In this document: positions 21,017-31,147 of the stretch, one piece after another | Numbering within the stretch: the stretch's first letter is position 1 | How the letters are laid out: the number at the start of each line of letters is the position of its first letter | From: Desulfurococcaceae archaeon | GTDB lineage: Archaea; Thermoproteota; Thermoprotei_A; Sulfolobales; Desulfurococcaceae | Length of the DNA: 64,000 nt | Direction: 5' to 3' | Assembly: GCA_038888155.1 (NCBI GenBank) | Contig: JAWAJB010000001.1 | Coordinates: forward strand, 1 to 64,000 | Translations under genes and position numbers: made by a program | The notes under the pieces: model-generated | Database searches by the model: none | Seen by the model: only the letters and a program-made list of their open reading frames with translations | Told to the model about the DNA's origin: nothing

Positions 21017-21919
21017 CTAAACCGCCCTTTCTTCTCTATGAAATATTTTTCCCAGTCCGGCTGGCGGAATTAATATCTTTCCCAATTTTGTTTTACTGTA
21101 CAGTAACATAGCTAGTAGTGCGGCAATAAATGGTATTGACTTCGATATATCCACAGGCAGGTCTAACAACGCACTTAGCCTCATGTAATTATCGTATAAC
21201 CCGCCAAAGAGTAAAGAGAGAGGCATAAGTACTAGTGGGTGTCTGCCCCCAGCTAATGCAATAGTAAACGCCAACCAACCGAACCCGAGAGTATAGCTTT
21301 TAATGTCCCAGTATCTCTGCCAAGCTAATGTAAACAGTGACGATCCGAAGCCCACAAGGGCGAATCCTATACCAGCCACTATCAACCTTACCTTTAGGAC
21401 ATCAACACCAAGCGCCATTGCGGCGTGGGGATTTTCACCGCAAGCTTTAATCATCGCGCCTAGTTTAGTCTTCTCGAGCAGTAAATGTACTAATACACCG
21501 ATAAGTAAAGCAGTAAATAAGAGGAGTATATATTGCGCAGAGTCCAGTTGATATGAAAAAGTTAATATGCTTCCCACGGATATGCGGACAGAGTATCCAA
21601 GTATAATGCCAATCCCATATCCAACAAACATCATCGAGAGACCGAGAGCACCGTGACTAACTGGGAGTGCGGTCATTAGGAATGCCAGCGCTATGCCAGT
21701 AATTCCAGCTACAGCAGAGGCCAACAATGATCCTAAAACGGGCGAGCCTGTTGAGTATGCGCCTAAAACAGATGCTCCAGTAGACATGAAGAAAACTCCG
21801 TCAATTGCGAGATCAAGCATTCCTGCGCGCTCAAATAATCCATGTCCTAGTGCTATCAAGTATAGCGTTGTAAACGATATCGTAATGCCTAAAATAGGAC
21901 CTAATAACAAAGAGGTCAT
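21017..21919 (-). CDS. ABC transporter permease (nucleoside/BMP-type)
   Basis: ERAGMLDLAIDG, KTKLGAMIKACGENPHAAMALGVDV, GFGWLA. Confidence 0.92.
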   Translation of the reverse strand: MTSLLLGPILGITISFTTLYLIALGHGLFERAGMLDLAIDGVFFMSTGASVLGAYSTGSPVLGSLLASAVAGITGIALAFLMTALPVSHGALGLSMMFVGYGIGIILGYSVRISVGSILTFSYQLDSAQYILLLFTALLIGVLVHLLLEKTKLGAMIKACGENPHAAMALGVDVLKVRLIVAGIGFALVGFGSSLFTLAWQRYWDIKSYTLGFGWLAFTIALAGGRHPLVLMPLSLLFGGLYDNYMRLSALLDLPVDISKSIPFIAALLAMLLYSKTKLGKILIPPAGLGKIFHREERAV

Positions 21920-23112
21920 TGCTTAATCACCCGCACCTCATAGTCTGATAAAAAGCTTAGTACGGAGTACGATAAAAGAACTGTCCCAATTATTAGAAGA
22001 GTTTGTTCTATTCCACCGAGTCCCGCAATCTGCAAATATATGCCAGCATTCCTCAGCGAGCTAACAATATAAGCCGCTAAGGGGACAAATCTTGGGTCGA
22101 GCGCAGATAACCATGTAACTAATATTGCAAGGTATCCGTAGCCTGACGTCTGAACCTCAATAGGATATGATAGTCTTCTCGAATAGCTCAACAAGAATAA
22201 AGCTCCTACAACTCCTACGAAGGCTCCTGATATAAACATTGCCAGTACCTGGTATCTCTTTAAGCTAACGCCTGATGCGATAAGGAAATCGGGATTGCTA
22301 CCAGTAATTTTCAGCTTCAAGCCTATAGTAGTTTTTGAGAGTATGAACCACACTATGATGGCAATTAAAATAGCTGCAACCAGCAAATAGGCGTAAAACA
22401 CTATCTGATATACTAGCATATAGATCCACCTTATGAGCGTATTAGCGAGCTCGTATCCCCAGAGCATGAGTACATTAAGCAAGTTAAAGTCTCCTCCGGG
22501 GATATCCGGAGGAACATAAGTAGGGGGTGATCCTGGGGTCCACCGGACGTTTAGTAAATAGCTATTTGGGAGCTCGTCTGTTCTAGCATAACCATAGACG
22601 CTTTTCCCCCTAAACGGATTGTAAACTAAGTAATCAATTATGTGATAGGCAACGTAATTGAGAATTAGTGCTAACGGCACTTCATCAAGGCCCGTATAAG
22701 CCTTAATTACTCCTACAAGCGCACCCCATAGTCCGCTCAGGAGGGCAGCAAATACTATGGCTACGAGAATCAGCGCACCTGGAAGTATTGGAGGGTCTCT
22801 GAAGACTACTATGAGAAGATAAACAACTGGAATTGTGCCTATAAAGAACTGCCCTTCTGCCCCAACGTTCCAAATAGATGCCTTAAAGGACAGAAGTAAT
22901 GCGTACCCAAGCATTGTAAGCACTAGCATATCCATTATAATTGCTGGAGATGTGAAGGACGAGATAATGAGCGTAATTGACTTAACGAAGTCCCCTCCTA
23001 CAATAGAGAGAATTAATGTGAAGAGCAATATACCTAGTACTACGGAGAGAGCAGATATAGTTCCTTTTCCGCCCCTAATGGGTCTCTTTCTCTTCGAAAT
23101 AACGATCTTCAT
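21916..23112 (-). CDS. ABC transporter permease (nucleoside/BMP-type)
   Basis: WNVGAEGQF, DEV..LILNY, KTTIGLKLKITGSNP, GYGYLAI. ATGA overlap with the next gene. Confidence 0.92.
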   Translation of the reverse strand: MKIVISKRKRPIRGGKGTISALSVVLGILLFTLILSIVGGDFVKSITLIISSFTSPAIIMDMLVLTMLGYALLLSFKASIWNVGAEGQFFIGTIPVVYLLIVVFRDPPILPGALILVAIVFAALLSGLWGALVGVIKAYTGLDEVPLALILNYVAYHIIDYLVYNPFRGKSVYGYARTDELPNSYLLNVRWTPGSPPTYVPPDIPGGDFNLLNVLMLWGYELANTLIRWIYMLVYQIVFYAYLLVAAILIAIIVWFILSKTTIGLKLKITGSNPDFLIASGVSLKRYQVLAMFISGAFVGVVGALFLLSYSRRLSYPIEVQTSGYGYLAILVTWLSALDPRFVPLAAYIVSSLRNAGIYLQIAGLGGIEQTLLIIGTVLLSYSVLSFLSDYEVRVIKQ

Positions 23113-23114
23113 GC

Positions 23115-24620
23115 CTATAACACCATTAATTTCTCGAGTTCGTCCCTTGACGTTGTTTCTGGGTGGAAGGGCCCGTGTAACCTTCCCGAACTCATTACGT
23201 AAATGCTATCGCACATTTGCTGTACCTCATCTAAGTCCTCTGAGACAAGTAGAACGGCTAACCCGCCCTTTACGGCCTTTTCCCTAATAGATACTCGTAC
23301 GTTACTACTAGTTAACTCATCTAAGTTCCTAGTTGGGTTGTAAGCTATTAGCGCTCTCTTTGCGTACGCGAGTTCTCTCCCTATAATTACCTTCATTAAG
23401 TTCCCACCAGATAGATGTTTCACCGGTGTCCCCTCATCCTTGGCTGTGATTTGATAATCGTTGATAATCTCCCAAGTTATTTTTCTAATTTCTTCTTGAG
23501 GTATCAAGAAGTTCTTCCTGCTAAATAAAACTGCTATATTGCTAATTATGTCCATATCTGGGGCTACACCAAACTTTAGCGGGGAGTCAGGAATAAAGCC
23601 AACTCCCAGACCTCTTACTTCATGTACGCCCTTATTTGTTACGTCAAAACCGTCAATGACAACTGATCCCCTGCTAACCCTTCTCAGCCCAACGATTGCT
23701 TCTACAAGCTCTTTTTGGCCATTTCCCGCAATGCCGGTTATGCCTACAATTTCGCCTGCTCTAGCGCTAAGCGAGGCGCCCTTAACTATCTCTTCATAAA
23801 AGTCCCCCATCACAGCAAGATTTTTAACGTGAATAACTGTTCTTCCCTCAATTTTTCCTCCCTGAATCCTGCTGTGGGTTATTTTAGCTCCGTTCTCACC
23901 AAACATTGCATACCGCAAGTTATCTGCAGAAATCTCCTCCTTCATAAATGTAGCAACAAGAGCCCCCTTTCTCAAAACTGAGATCCTGTCTGCCACTTCA
24001 AGCGCCTCTGGGATTTTGTGCGTCACTAAAACAACGCTATTACCTTTGGCCTTGAACTCGAGCAAATATTTGTAAAACCTTCTACGCTCCTCTAGCGGCA
24101 AGTAAGTGAATGCTTCATCTAGTAAAAGTATGCGTGCACCAAGTGTAATAGCTCTTGCGATTTCAACTAGCTGCTTTTGAGTGTACGTCAAAGTCCGAGC
24201 TATAGCCTTTGGATCTATTCTTATTCCGGTACTTGCCTCTAATAGCTTAATTGTCTCTACTATTTCGCTTACTTTAGTGAAAAAACCGTACTTGGATATC
24301 CCCAATAGGAGGTTCTCAGCAACGCTTAACTTGTCAATAAGCTGAGGTGTTTGAGGTATCATCACTATACCTTTATTAATGGCGTCTCTAGGGGACAGTA
24401 CGCTGAGCCTTCTACCATCTAAGAAAATTTCCCCCTCGTCTGGAAGGTAAATACCGTAGAGAATCTTTATCAGCGTTGACTTGCCTGATCCATTCTCGCC
24501 CAACAACGCAAGTATTTCGCCCGATTTCAGTTCTAAAGAGACCTTATTTAGGGCCTGCACGTTGCCGGGAAAAGACTTCGATATATTCCTGACCACGAGA
24601 ATGTTGTTAATTGTAGTCAA
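23115..24620 (-). CDS. ABC transporter ATP-binding protein (two NBDs, CUT2-type)
   Basis: GENGSGKST, LLLDE, second NBD GIAGNGQKEL, LSGGN, SEDLDE. TTG start after AAGGTGA. Confidence 0.95.
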   Translation of the reverse strand: MTTINNILVVRNISKSFPGNVQALNKVSLELKSGEILALLGENGSGKSTLIKILYGIYLPDEGEIFLDGRRLSVLSPRDAINKGIVMIPQTPQLIDKLSVAENLLLGISKYGFFTKVSEIVETIKLLEASTGIRIDPKAIARTLTYTQKQLVEIARAITLGARILLLDEAFTYLPLEERRRFYKYLLEFKAKGNSVVLVTHKIPEALEVADRISVLRKGALVATFMKEEISADNLRYAMFGENGAKITHSRIQGGKIEGRTVIHVKNLAVMGDFYEEIVKGASLSARAGEIVGITGIAGNGQKELVEAIVGLRRVSRGSVVIDGFDVTNKGVHEVRGLGVGFIPDSPLKFGVAPDMDIISNIAVLFSRKNFLIPQEEIRKITWEIINDYQITAKDEGTPVKHLSGGNLMKVIIGRELAYAKRALIAYNPTRNLDELTSSNVRVSIREKAVKGGLAVLLVSEDLDEVQQMCDSIYVMSSGRLHGPFHPETTSRDELEKLMVL

Positions 24621-24736
24621 TCGGCTTTCACCTTTAATAAGCAATAATTAACATAAGCGTACTGAAGTAGATCATTACAAATGGAGGGTCGGTAATAAAA
24701 AGATTGAGTGAATACACGGTAGTCTGGTACCTAATT

Positions 24737-26158
24737 TCAGTGCTTAACTACCCATGAAACGAACCAATCCATATTCCACAAGTCTTCGTGTCCCAACACT
24801 TTTCCGGCCGGTATGTTGACAGCTCCTCCTGGGGCAGGGGTTTTACACCAGCTACTGTAGGAATCTGAAGGAGATGACAAGCAATAGCCCTTAATAGGCC
24901 CAGTGAAGGGATCAAAGGTGGGCGATATTGGGTAGGGCACCTTCCCTATTGTTCCTCCCCAGTCAATTAACACGCTAGGTATGTTCGCGTACTTATGTCC
25001 TATTGCGATCACGTCTAAGTGTACTACAATGTTCCCAGTTTTCATTTGATAATATCTCCTCATAACTAGCTCATATAAGTTAATTTTCTCGCCAGTTAGC
25101 TTATCTTCTATGGGAATGCCCTTGAGGGTCTGCACGTATTTTGGATTGACCATTAAAGCTGAGCCATCTGAGCTAATATCAGCGCCAAGCTCAACTCCGC
25201 CAGAGTTCAGTAACCACCAATAGTCTACGGACTGTAAGTTGTATGGAGTATAAATTCCGCTCTTTATTTTCAATAATATATCAGCGTATATGTACTCCCA
25301 CCTAACCAGCTGTCCACTAACAACTGCATCCTTTCCATAAGCTAACATTGGACCGTAGTGCCCAAAAGCAAAGAGCCCTTTCTCTTGTGCGTACTCTACG
25401 ACTGCTGAGGAGTCCTCGGTGAATGCTAATACGTCTACCCCATAGTGCGTGTGTAAAGTATCTGCAGCTTGTCTAGCAGCAGTAGGGTTATACCACTCCC
25501 CGATTTCAATTACGTGAACTGTAATGTTCCTGCCAAGTAATTCGCCTGCTTCCTTGGCACCTATTGCGAACGCATTTATGTGTCTAACTACTTCGGGTAT
25601 TAGGTGTGCGGCAACGTAGCCTACTTGTCCCGTTTTTGTAAGGGCACCTGCCATAAGCCCATTGAGGTAGTACACTTGGTAGAGATCAGCGAAATAAGTG
25701 CCAACATTGGGTGCTCTCTTGTAGCCTGAGCAGTGGAAGAACAGCACATTGGGGTATTTCTTTGCCCCCTCGATAGTCTGGTCCATGAACTCAAAAGAAG
25801 TTGTAAATATAACATTATAGCCCTCTGAGACAAGTCTATCAATAGTGCTTAAGAGTTGGGCCTCTGAGACAGATTCTACGTAAGTAGTCTCAAGCCACTC
25901 CTTGAATAACTCAGCAACAACTTTCCTGCCAATATCGTGCATGTAGCTCCAGCCCATATCTCCAACTGGCCCTACGTAAATCCAAGCAGCTTTAATCTTC
26001 TGGGGCGGGGTCCATGTAGGAATGCCTCCAGTGGGTGATGTTACCGTAGTTGTGGTTACAGTAGTTGGCTTACTACTATAAATTCCAGAAAGATAGCCAC
26101 CCATGGATGCTATAACGGCGACGACAATTATTATAGCCAACCAAGTAGAGGTCTTCAT
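24737..26158 (-). CDS. BMP family ABC substrate-binding protein (purine/nucleoside-type)
   Basis: N-terminal anchor, Thr-rich linker, IYVGPVGDMGWSYMHD, TTSFEF, IPEVVRHINAF. Confidence 0.93.
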   Translation of the reverse strand: MKTSTWLAIIIVVAVIASMGGYLSGIYSSKPTTVTTTTVTSPTGGIPTWTPPQKIKAAWIYVGPVGDMGWSYMHDIGRKVVAELFKEWLETTYVESVSEAQLLSTIDRLVSEGYNVIFTTSFEFMDQTIEGAKKYPNVLFFHCSGYKRAPNVGTYFADLYQVYYLNGLMAGALTKTGQVGYVAAHLIPEVVRHINAFAIGAKEAGELLGRNITVHVIEIGEWYNPTAARQAADTLHTHYGVDVLAFTEDSSAVVEYAQEKGLFAFGHYGPMLAYGKDAVVSGQLVRWEYIYADILLKIKSGIYTPYNLQSVDYWWLLNSGGVELGADISSDGSALMVNPKYVQTLKGIPIEDKLTGEKINLYELVMRRYYQMKTGNIVVHLDVIAIGHKYANIPSVLIDWGGTIGKVPYPISPTFDPFTGPIKGYCLSSPSDSYSSWCKTPAPGGAVNIPAGKVLGHEDLWNMDWFVSWVVKH

Positions 26159-26474
26159 AGCTAACACCTTAAAACATAGGGTCTACTTTGCTTGAAGGGG
26201 TTTAAAAAATATATATAAGATGGACGTGTTGCATATTTTTATGGTTTGGGAGGCATTTAAGGTGCCCATGATTTTTCGCAGAATTGAGGAAGGGATAAAC
26301 TCGATTCAGTGACTTCAAGTAAAAATATCCAATCCTTACATTTCATCTTTTCAGGCTTATAAAGGCTTTAAATGCCTTTTGTATAAACGCTGGGACATAC
26401 TTGAGGTGGTGCAACCGATATGTGTGGCTATATGTACTTTGTACACAAAGCACATAGAGAAGGAGGTTATCTCC

Positions 26475-27518
26475 ATGAAGGCCGCCATTCTATATGAAAA
26501 CTCGGAAATTCTCGCATGGGAGGAGACCAGAAAATACGCTACCCTTCCTCTCAAGGAGAATCCTCTCGAGATCTCTTATACTGAGATCCCCTCACTTGTC
26601 GATAGTCAGCTACTTATACAAGTAGAGGCATGCGGTGTCTGCTACACGGACATAGATATCATAGAGGGGAGAATAAATTGCAACCTACCCGTAATACCGG
26701 GCCACCAAGTTATTGGAAGAGTGGTAGATGCGCCCAAGGACAACTACCATTTAATTGGTGATCGAGTTGGCGTAGGTTGGATAGGGAAGACGTGCGGAAA
26801 CTGTACTTACTGCCAGAGAGGGCTTGAAAACTTGTGCGCGGATTTTAAGGCAACTGGATGCCACGTGAATGGGGGATACGCCGAATACATGGTAAGCTAC
26901 TCAAATTACGCTTTTAAGGTGCCGAATAATATTGAGCCAACTAATATAGCACCGTTAATGTGCGCAGGAGCTGTTGGCTACAGGGCCCTTAGGCTATCGG
27001 AATTATCCAGCGGACTTACACTAGGTCTTTTCGGATTTGGGTCTTCTGCTCATATAATATTACAAGTGGCTAGAAAACTATACCCCGATCTAGAGATATA
27101 CGTTTTCAGCAGGAACTTAGAACACAGAGAACTTGCCACGAGGCTGGGGGCTGACTGGACGGGACATCCGCAGGATGTTCCCCCAAAGAAGCTGGACAGG
27201 GCAATAGATTTTACCCCGGTAGGCGAAACTGTTCAGAGAGCGCTCGAGCTAATGAATCGCGGGGGAAAACTAGTCATAAACGTCATTAGGAAGCAATCGC
27301 CGGTTAACTTGATTTACGAAAAGCACTTATGGGAAGAAAAAGAAATTAAAAGTGTCTCGAATGTGACAAGAGAGGATATAGCGGGATTGTTGAATGTTGC
27401 AAGGGAGGTCCCGTTAGAGGTGAATACAGAGATATACAAGCTCGAAGAAATAAATTTTGTGCTACGAAAACTAAAGGCTGCTAGAATTAAGGGCTCAGCA
27501 GTTTTAAAAATAAAGTAA
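26475..27518 (+). CDS. Zinc-dependent alcohol dehydrogenase family protein
   Basis: CGVCYTD, IPGHQVIG, structural Zn site CGNCTYC...C, APLMCAG, GLFGFGSSA. ATG at 26475 after AGGAGG. Confidence 0.93.
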   Translation: MKAAILYENSEILAWEETRKYATLPLKENPLEISYTEIPSLVDSQLLIQVEACGVCYTDIDIIEGRINCNLPVIPGHQVIGRVVDAPKDNYHLIGDRVGVGWIGKTCGNCTYCQRGLENLCADFKATGCHVNGGYAEYMVSYSNYAFKVPNNIEPTNIAPLMCAGAVGYRALRLSELSSGLTLGLFGFGSSAHIILQVARKLYPDLEIYVFSRNLEHRELATRLGADWTGHPQDVPPKKLDRAIDFTPVGETVQRALELMNRGGKLVINVIRKQSPVNLIYEKHLWEEKEIKSVSNVTREDIAGLLNVAREVPLEVNTEIYKLEEINFVLRKLKAARIKGSAVLKIK

Positions 27519-27599
27519 TTCTCCCCTTAATTGGTTGGACCCCTAATTGCGTGTTCGAGGATTAACGAGCTACGCTTTTGAGAGAAAAAGTATGTATGT

Positions 27600-29078
27600 T
27601 CACCACCACCTAGTTATTACGACCTTCCTATCAGTGAAGAAGTCTACAACGTCTATCTGGGGGTGATGACTACCTAAACCCGAAAGCTTTCTACCTCCAA
27701 AAGGAAACCAGCCTACCGGTGCAGCTATTCCAATGTTGATGCCGACATTGCCAACGTAAGCTCTAGTTGAGAACTCCCTGGCATCTCTACCGTTGCGTGT
27801 AAATATAACTGCTGAGTGATGATACTTGTTTTTGTTGATCCAGTCAATAGCTTCATCTAAGTTTTTAGCCCTCATTAAGTTAGCGACAGGGCCAAAAATT
27901 TCTTCCCGAGCTACCTTCATTTCTGGTCTCACATCCTCGAGTAGAGTAGGAGCTATGTAGAATCCCATAGGGTAGTCAGGATTTACATATCCACGGCCAT
28001 CAAGCACTAACTTAGCTCCCTCATTTAAGCCCTCTTCGATCATTTTAGCAACGTTGTCTAAGTACTTTCTGCTACTCATTGGCCCCATTTCAGATGTTTC
28101 TTCTAGTCCATAGCCTATTTTTATCCTCTTAGCCACCTCGGTAAAGGAGGTCTTGAACTTATTGTAGAATTGATCGTCGCCTACGACAACAATGTTTTGT
28201 ATTGCGAGGCATCTCTGGCCTGTGTTGCCGAATTTAGCGTCTCTTAAAGCGTGAATTGTCCTCTCGAGATCAGCATCTTGCATTACAACAGCGTAGTTGG
28301 ATGCGCTTCCGCCGGCTAAGTACCTCTTTCCTGCTCTTGCTGATAGCTCATACATACGGAGCGCAGCAGAACTAGTTCCCACAAAGCACACTCCTTCGAT
28401 TAATGGATGCGTGACCATGTACTCTCCAAGCTGATGATCTGTATACACGACGTTAACTACCCCGCGCGGAAGTGCCTCGCCGAGGACTTCCATAGTAATT
28501 GCGAGCGGAAGCGGGGTTGTACTACTCGCCTTTATTACAACGGTGTTCCCCAGCATAATCGCGTAGGGAATAAACCAGAAGGGTATCATTATAGGGAAAT
28601 TGTAGGGTCCTATTACGGCGAATACTCCAAGGGGCTCTCTCACAAGTGCTTCGTCTATTCCCCTAGCAATGTCCCTCTGGAACTCACCTTTAGCTAGCGT
28701 ATATGCTACTGTTATTGCTGCTTCGACATTTTCGATCGTCCTTCTCAAGTCACCTCGAGACTCCCTGATAACCTTGCCGTGATTCTGAGTGTTTACTCGA
28801 GCTATCATTTCTTTGTGCTCTTCAAGGACAATCTTCACTTTGATTAGGTATTGAAGTCTGTCTGAAATTGGTGTAGAGCTCCATGATTTAAAGGCCTCAT
28901 ATGCGGACTCGATTGCAGTATCTACTTCCTCTTTTGTAGCCTCAGGCAGTTCTCCTATTACTTCTCCTCTCCCTGGATCATATATAGGCGTGTAGCTGTT
29001 CGTAGAAGACTCAATCCACTTACCGTCTATAAACAGCTTCAATTTGCCATAGTGCAGTTTTGGTGGTTGCAGTATCAC
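27600..29078 (-). CDS. CoA-acylating (methyl)malonate-semialdehyde dehydrogenase-like ALDH
   Basis: REPLGV..IGPYNFPIMIPFW, GKRYLAGGSASN (no catalytic Glu, as in MMSDH), GQRCLA, EEIFGPV, GINIGIAAP. Confidence 0.85.
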   Translation of the reverse strand: MILQPPKLHYGKLKLFIDGKWIESSTNSYTPIYDPGRGEVIGELPEATKEEVDTAIESAYEAFKSWSSTPISDRLQYLIKVKIVLEEHKEMIARVNTQNHGKVIRESRGDLRRTIENVEAAITVAYTLAKGEFQRDIARGIDEALVREPLGVFAVIGPYNFPIMIPFWFIPYAIMLGNTVVIKASSTTPLPLAITMEVLGEALPRGVVNVVYTDHQLGEYMVTHPLIEGVCFVGTSSAALRMYELSARAGKRYLAGGSASNYAVVMQDADLERTIHALRDAKFGNTGQRCLAIQNIVVVGDDQFYNKFKTSFTEVAKRIKIGYGLEETSEMGPMSSRKYLDNVAKMIEEGLNEGAKLVLDGRGYVNPDYPMGFYIAPTLLEDVRPEMKVAREEIFGPVANLMRAKNLDEAIDWINKNKYHHSAVIFTRNGRDAREFSTRAYVGNVGINIGIAAPVGWFPFGGRKLSGLGSHHPQIDVVDFFTDRKVVITRWW

Positions 29079-29079
29079 G

Positions 29080-30396
29080 CTACTTTACCTCTCGCTCTAC
29101 TTCTTTTAGAGACTCGTCCAATATGTCTAGCCCCTTGTTTAACAACTCTTCCTCAATAGTGAGAGGCGGATGCATTCTTATGGCATTGAGAAATAGGCCT
29201 GCTCGTAGCAATAGCAGGCCTTTTTCGCGTGCCTTCTCGATAACCTTAGTTGTCTCTTCAACCGCTGGTTTCTTAGTGAGCTGATCTTTAACTAGCTCTA
29301 TGGCCTGCATTACCCCTAGCCCTCTCACATCTCCTATCAAACTATACTTGCTAGCCATTTCCAAGAGCCTCTTTTTCATTACTTCCCCGAGCCTTACTGC
29401 TCTTTCCTGGAGCTTGTCTCTTTGCATAATCTCAATGACTTTAAGGGCTGCTGCACAAGCTACGGGATTGCCACCATATGTTCCTCCGAAGCTGCCAAGA
29501 TAGGTTTTATCCATTATCTCGCCTTTTCCTATAATCGCGGAAAGCGGTAAACCATTGGCTATAGCTTTCGCTGTAAACAGGATATCTGGCTCCACACCAA
29601 AATGTTCAATGGCCCACATTTTCCCCGTTCTCGCCCAGCCAGACTGGACTTCATCATCTATTAGGAGTATTTCGTGCTGTTCGAGGAATAGTTTAAGCTC
29701 CTTGATGTATTCAGGTGGGGGGACTATGAATCCGCCCTCTCCTTGAATGGGCTCGACTATAAAGGCAGCTATCCTTTCGGGGGGTACCCTAGTGGAAGTG
29801 AACCACGTTTTAACATAGTCTAGACAGGTTAGCCCGCATTTAGGGTGTTCCTGTTTAAATACGCACCTATAACAGTACGGATAAGGTATAAATTCAACGC
29901 CCGCTACAACTGGCTCAAGATGAACCTTGTACGGCTTGTATTTCCCCGTCGTAGCCAAGGCATACCCGTAGGTTCCTCTGCCGTGAAAAGAGTTCTCGTA
30001 TGACACTATTATAGGCCTTCCACTTACTTGCTTTGCTATCTTAATGGCGTTCTCTGCTGCCTCTGATCCGCTATTTTGGAGGAGAACTCTTTTCTCTGAT
30101 TTTCCAGGTGCTAATAGAGCTAGCCTCTCCGCTAATTCTACATATGTTTTATAGTTAGCGACCATAAAGCATATGTGCCACAGCTTTTTAAGCTGGTCCT
30201 CAACGGCTTTAATTAACTCGGGGTTTGCGTGCCCTAGAGCAGTGACGCCAATCCCACTAGTGAAATCTATGTATGACTTTCCAGCCACATCGTACAGCTT
30301 GGCGTTTTCACCCCTATCTATGGTTATAGGGTGAGTAAGGGCTATGCCTCTCATTACGTATTTATTTCTTAAAGACAAGTAGGGATCTGCAGACAT
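29080..30396 (-). CDS. 4-aminobutyrate/beta-alanine aminotransferase (class III)
   Basis: [67 protein letters not shown]. Confidence 0.92.
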   Translation of the reverse strand: MSADPYLSLRNKYVMRGIALTHPITIDRGENAKLYDVAGKSYIDFTSGIGVTALGHANPELIKAVEDQLKKLWHICFMVANYKTYVELAERLALLAPGKSEKRVLLQNSGSEAAENAIKIAKQVSGRPIIVSYENSFHGRGTYGYALATTGKYKPYKVHLEPVVAGVEFIPYPYCYRCVFKQEHPKCGLTCLDYVKTWFTSTRVPPERIAAFIVEPIQGEGGFIVPPPEYIKELKLFLEQHEILLIDDEVQSGWARTGKMWAIEHFGVEPDILFTAKAIANGLPLSAIIGKGEIMDKTYLGSFGGTYGGNPVACAAALKVIEIMQRDKLQERAVRLGEVMKKRLLEMASKYSLIGDVRGLGVMQAIELVKDQLTKKPAVEETTKVIEKAREKGLLLLRAGLFLNAIRMHPPLTIEEELLNKGLDILDESLKEVEREVK

Positions 30397-30425
30397 AGAT
30401 TTGCACCTCTAAAAGTATCCTCTAC

Positions 30426-30501
30426 TTAGACAAATAATATGTCTAATTCATTGTTGATTAGAATATGTACAAATTTGAAGCATTAATTGTAATTTCCTCT
30501 A
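30426..30501. promoter_or_regulatory. Candidate operator sites in the divergent regulator/aminotransferase intergenic region
   Basis: Perfect inverted repeat TTAGACA-N7-TGTCTAA (30426-30446). Semi-palindromes TTAGAATATGTACAA (30458-30472) and TTGTAATTTCCTCTA (30487-30501). Confidence 0.5.
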
Positions 30502-30606
30502 TACGCGCCCAAAAACTGCGCGAGAGGATTAACGTAAACTAGGGATATTTGGAAGTTAGGACAATGTATAAATACAAAAGAATTATATATTGAATAAGGG
30601 TTATGT

Positions 30607-31071
30607 TTGAGAGAGGGTACAGAATTTGACGAACTTGACCTCGATATTTTAAGGGAAATCGAAGAAAACCCCAGAGCTGGAATTAGAGATCTAGCTAAGA
30701 AGCTGAAGACTCCAAAGTCAACGATCTACTATAGGATGAAGAAACTAGAAAGATCTGGGGTAATAAAAGGTTATCGAGTTGTTTTAGATGGGGAGAAGCT
30801 CGGTTTTGAATACCATGTCGTTATCCTAATTAAAGGTAAATATGGGCCTAAGTATCACGACGAAGTTGGAAGACTTCTTTCTAAGAACCCCTATGTTCAA
30901 GCAGTCTACTATGTTCTAGGAGATGTAGATTTCGTTGTAATAGGTAGGTTCCCTAGGAAAGAGGTCTACCTCGCGTTTCTCGAGGAAATAATCAACTCAG
31001 GTCTGGTGGAGAGAAGCAACACGATCGTAGTAGCTAAGCAAGTAAAAGAAGACTTTCGCCTTAACATTTAA
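30607..31071 (+). CDS. Lrp-family regulator, BarR/Grp-like
   Basis: PKSTIYYRMKKLE, KGKYGPKYH, VYYVLGDVDFVV resemble Sulfolobales Grp/BarR as I recall them. Divergent from an aminotransferase and semialdehyde dehydrogenase, as at the BarR locus. Confidence 0.88.
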   Translation: MREGTEFDELDLDILREIEENPRAGIRDLAKKLKTPKSTIYYRMKKLERSGVIKGYRVVLDGEKLGFEYHVVILIKGKYGPKYHDEVGRLLSKNPYVQAVYYVLGDVDFVVIGRFPRKEVYLAFLEEIINSGLVERSNTIVVAKQVKEDFRLNI

Positions 31072-31147
31072 CGCCACCTAGATTTGGCGACAATCAGCTG
31101 CAGATTTCCTTATTACCTTTTGAACAGAAAATTATGGAGGGAGTAGT

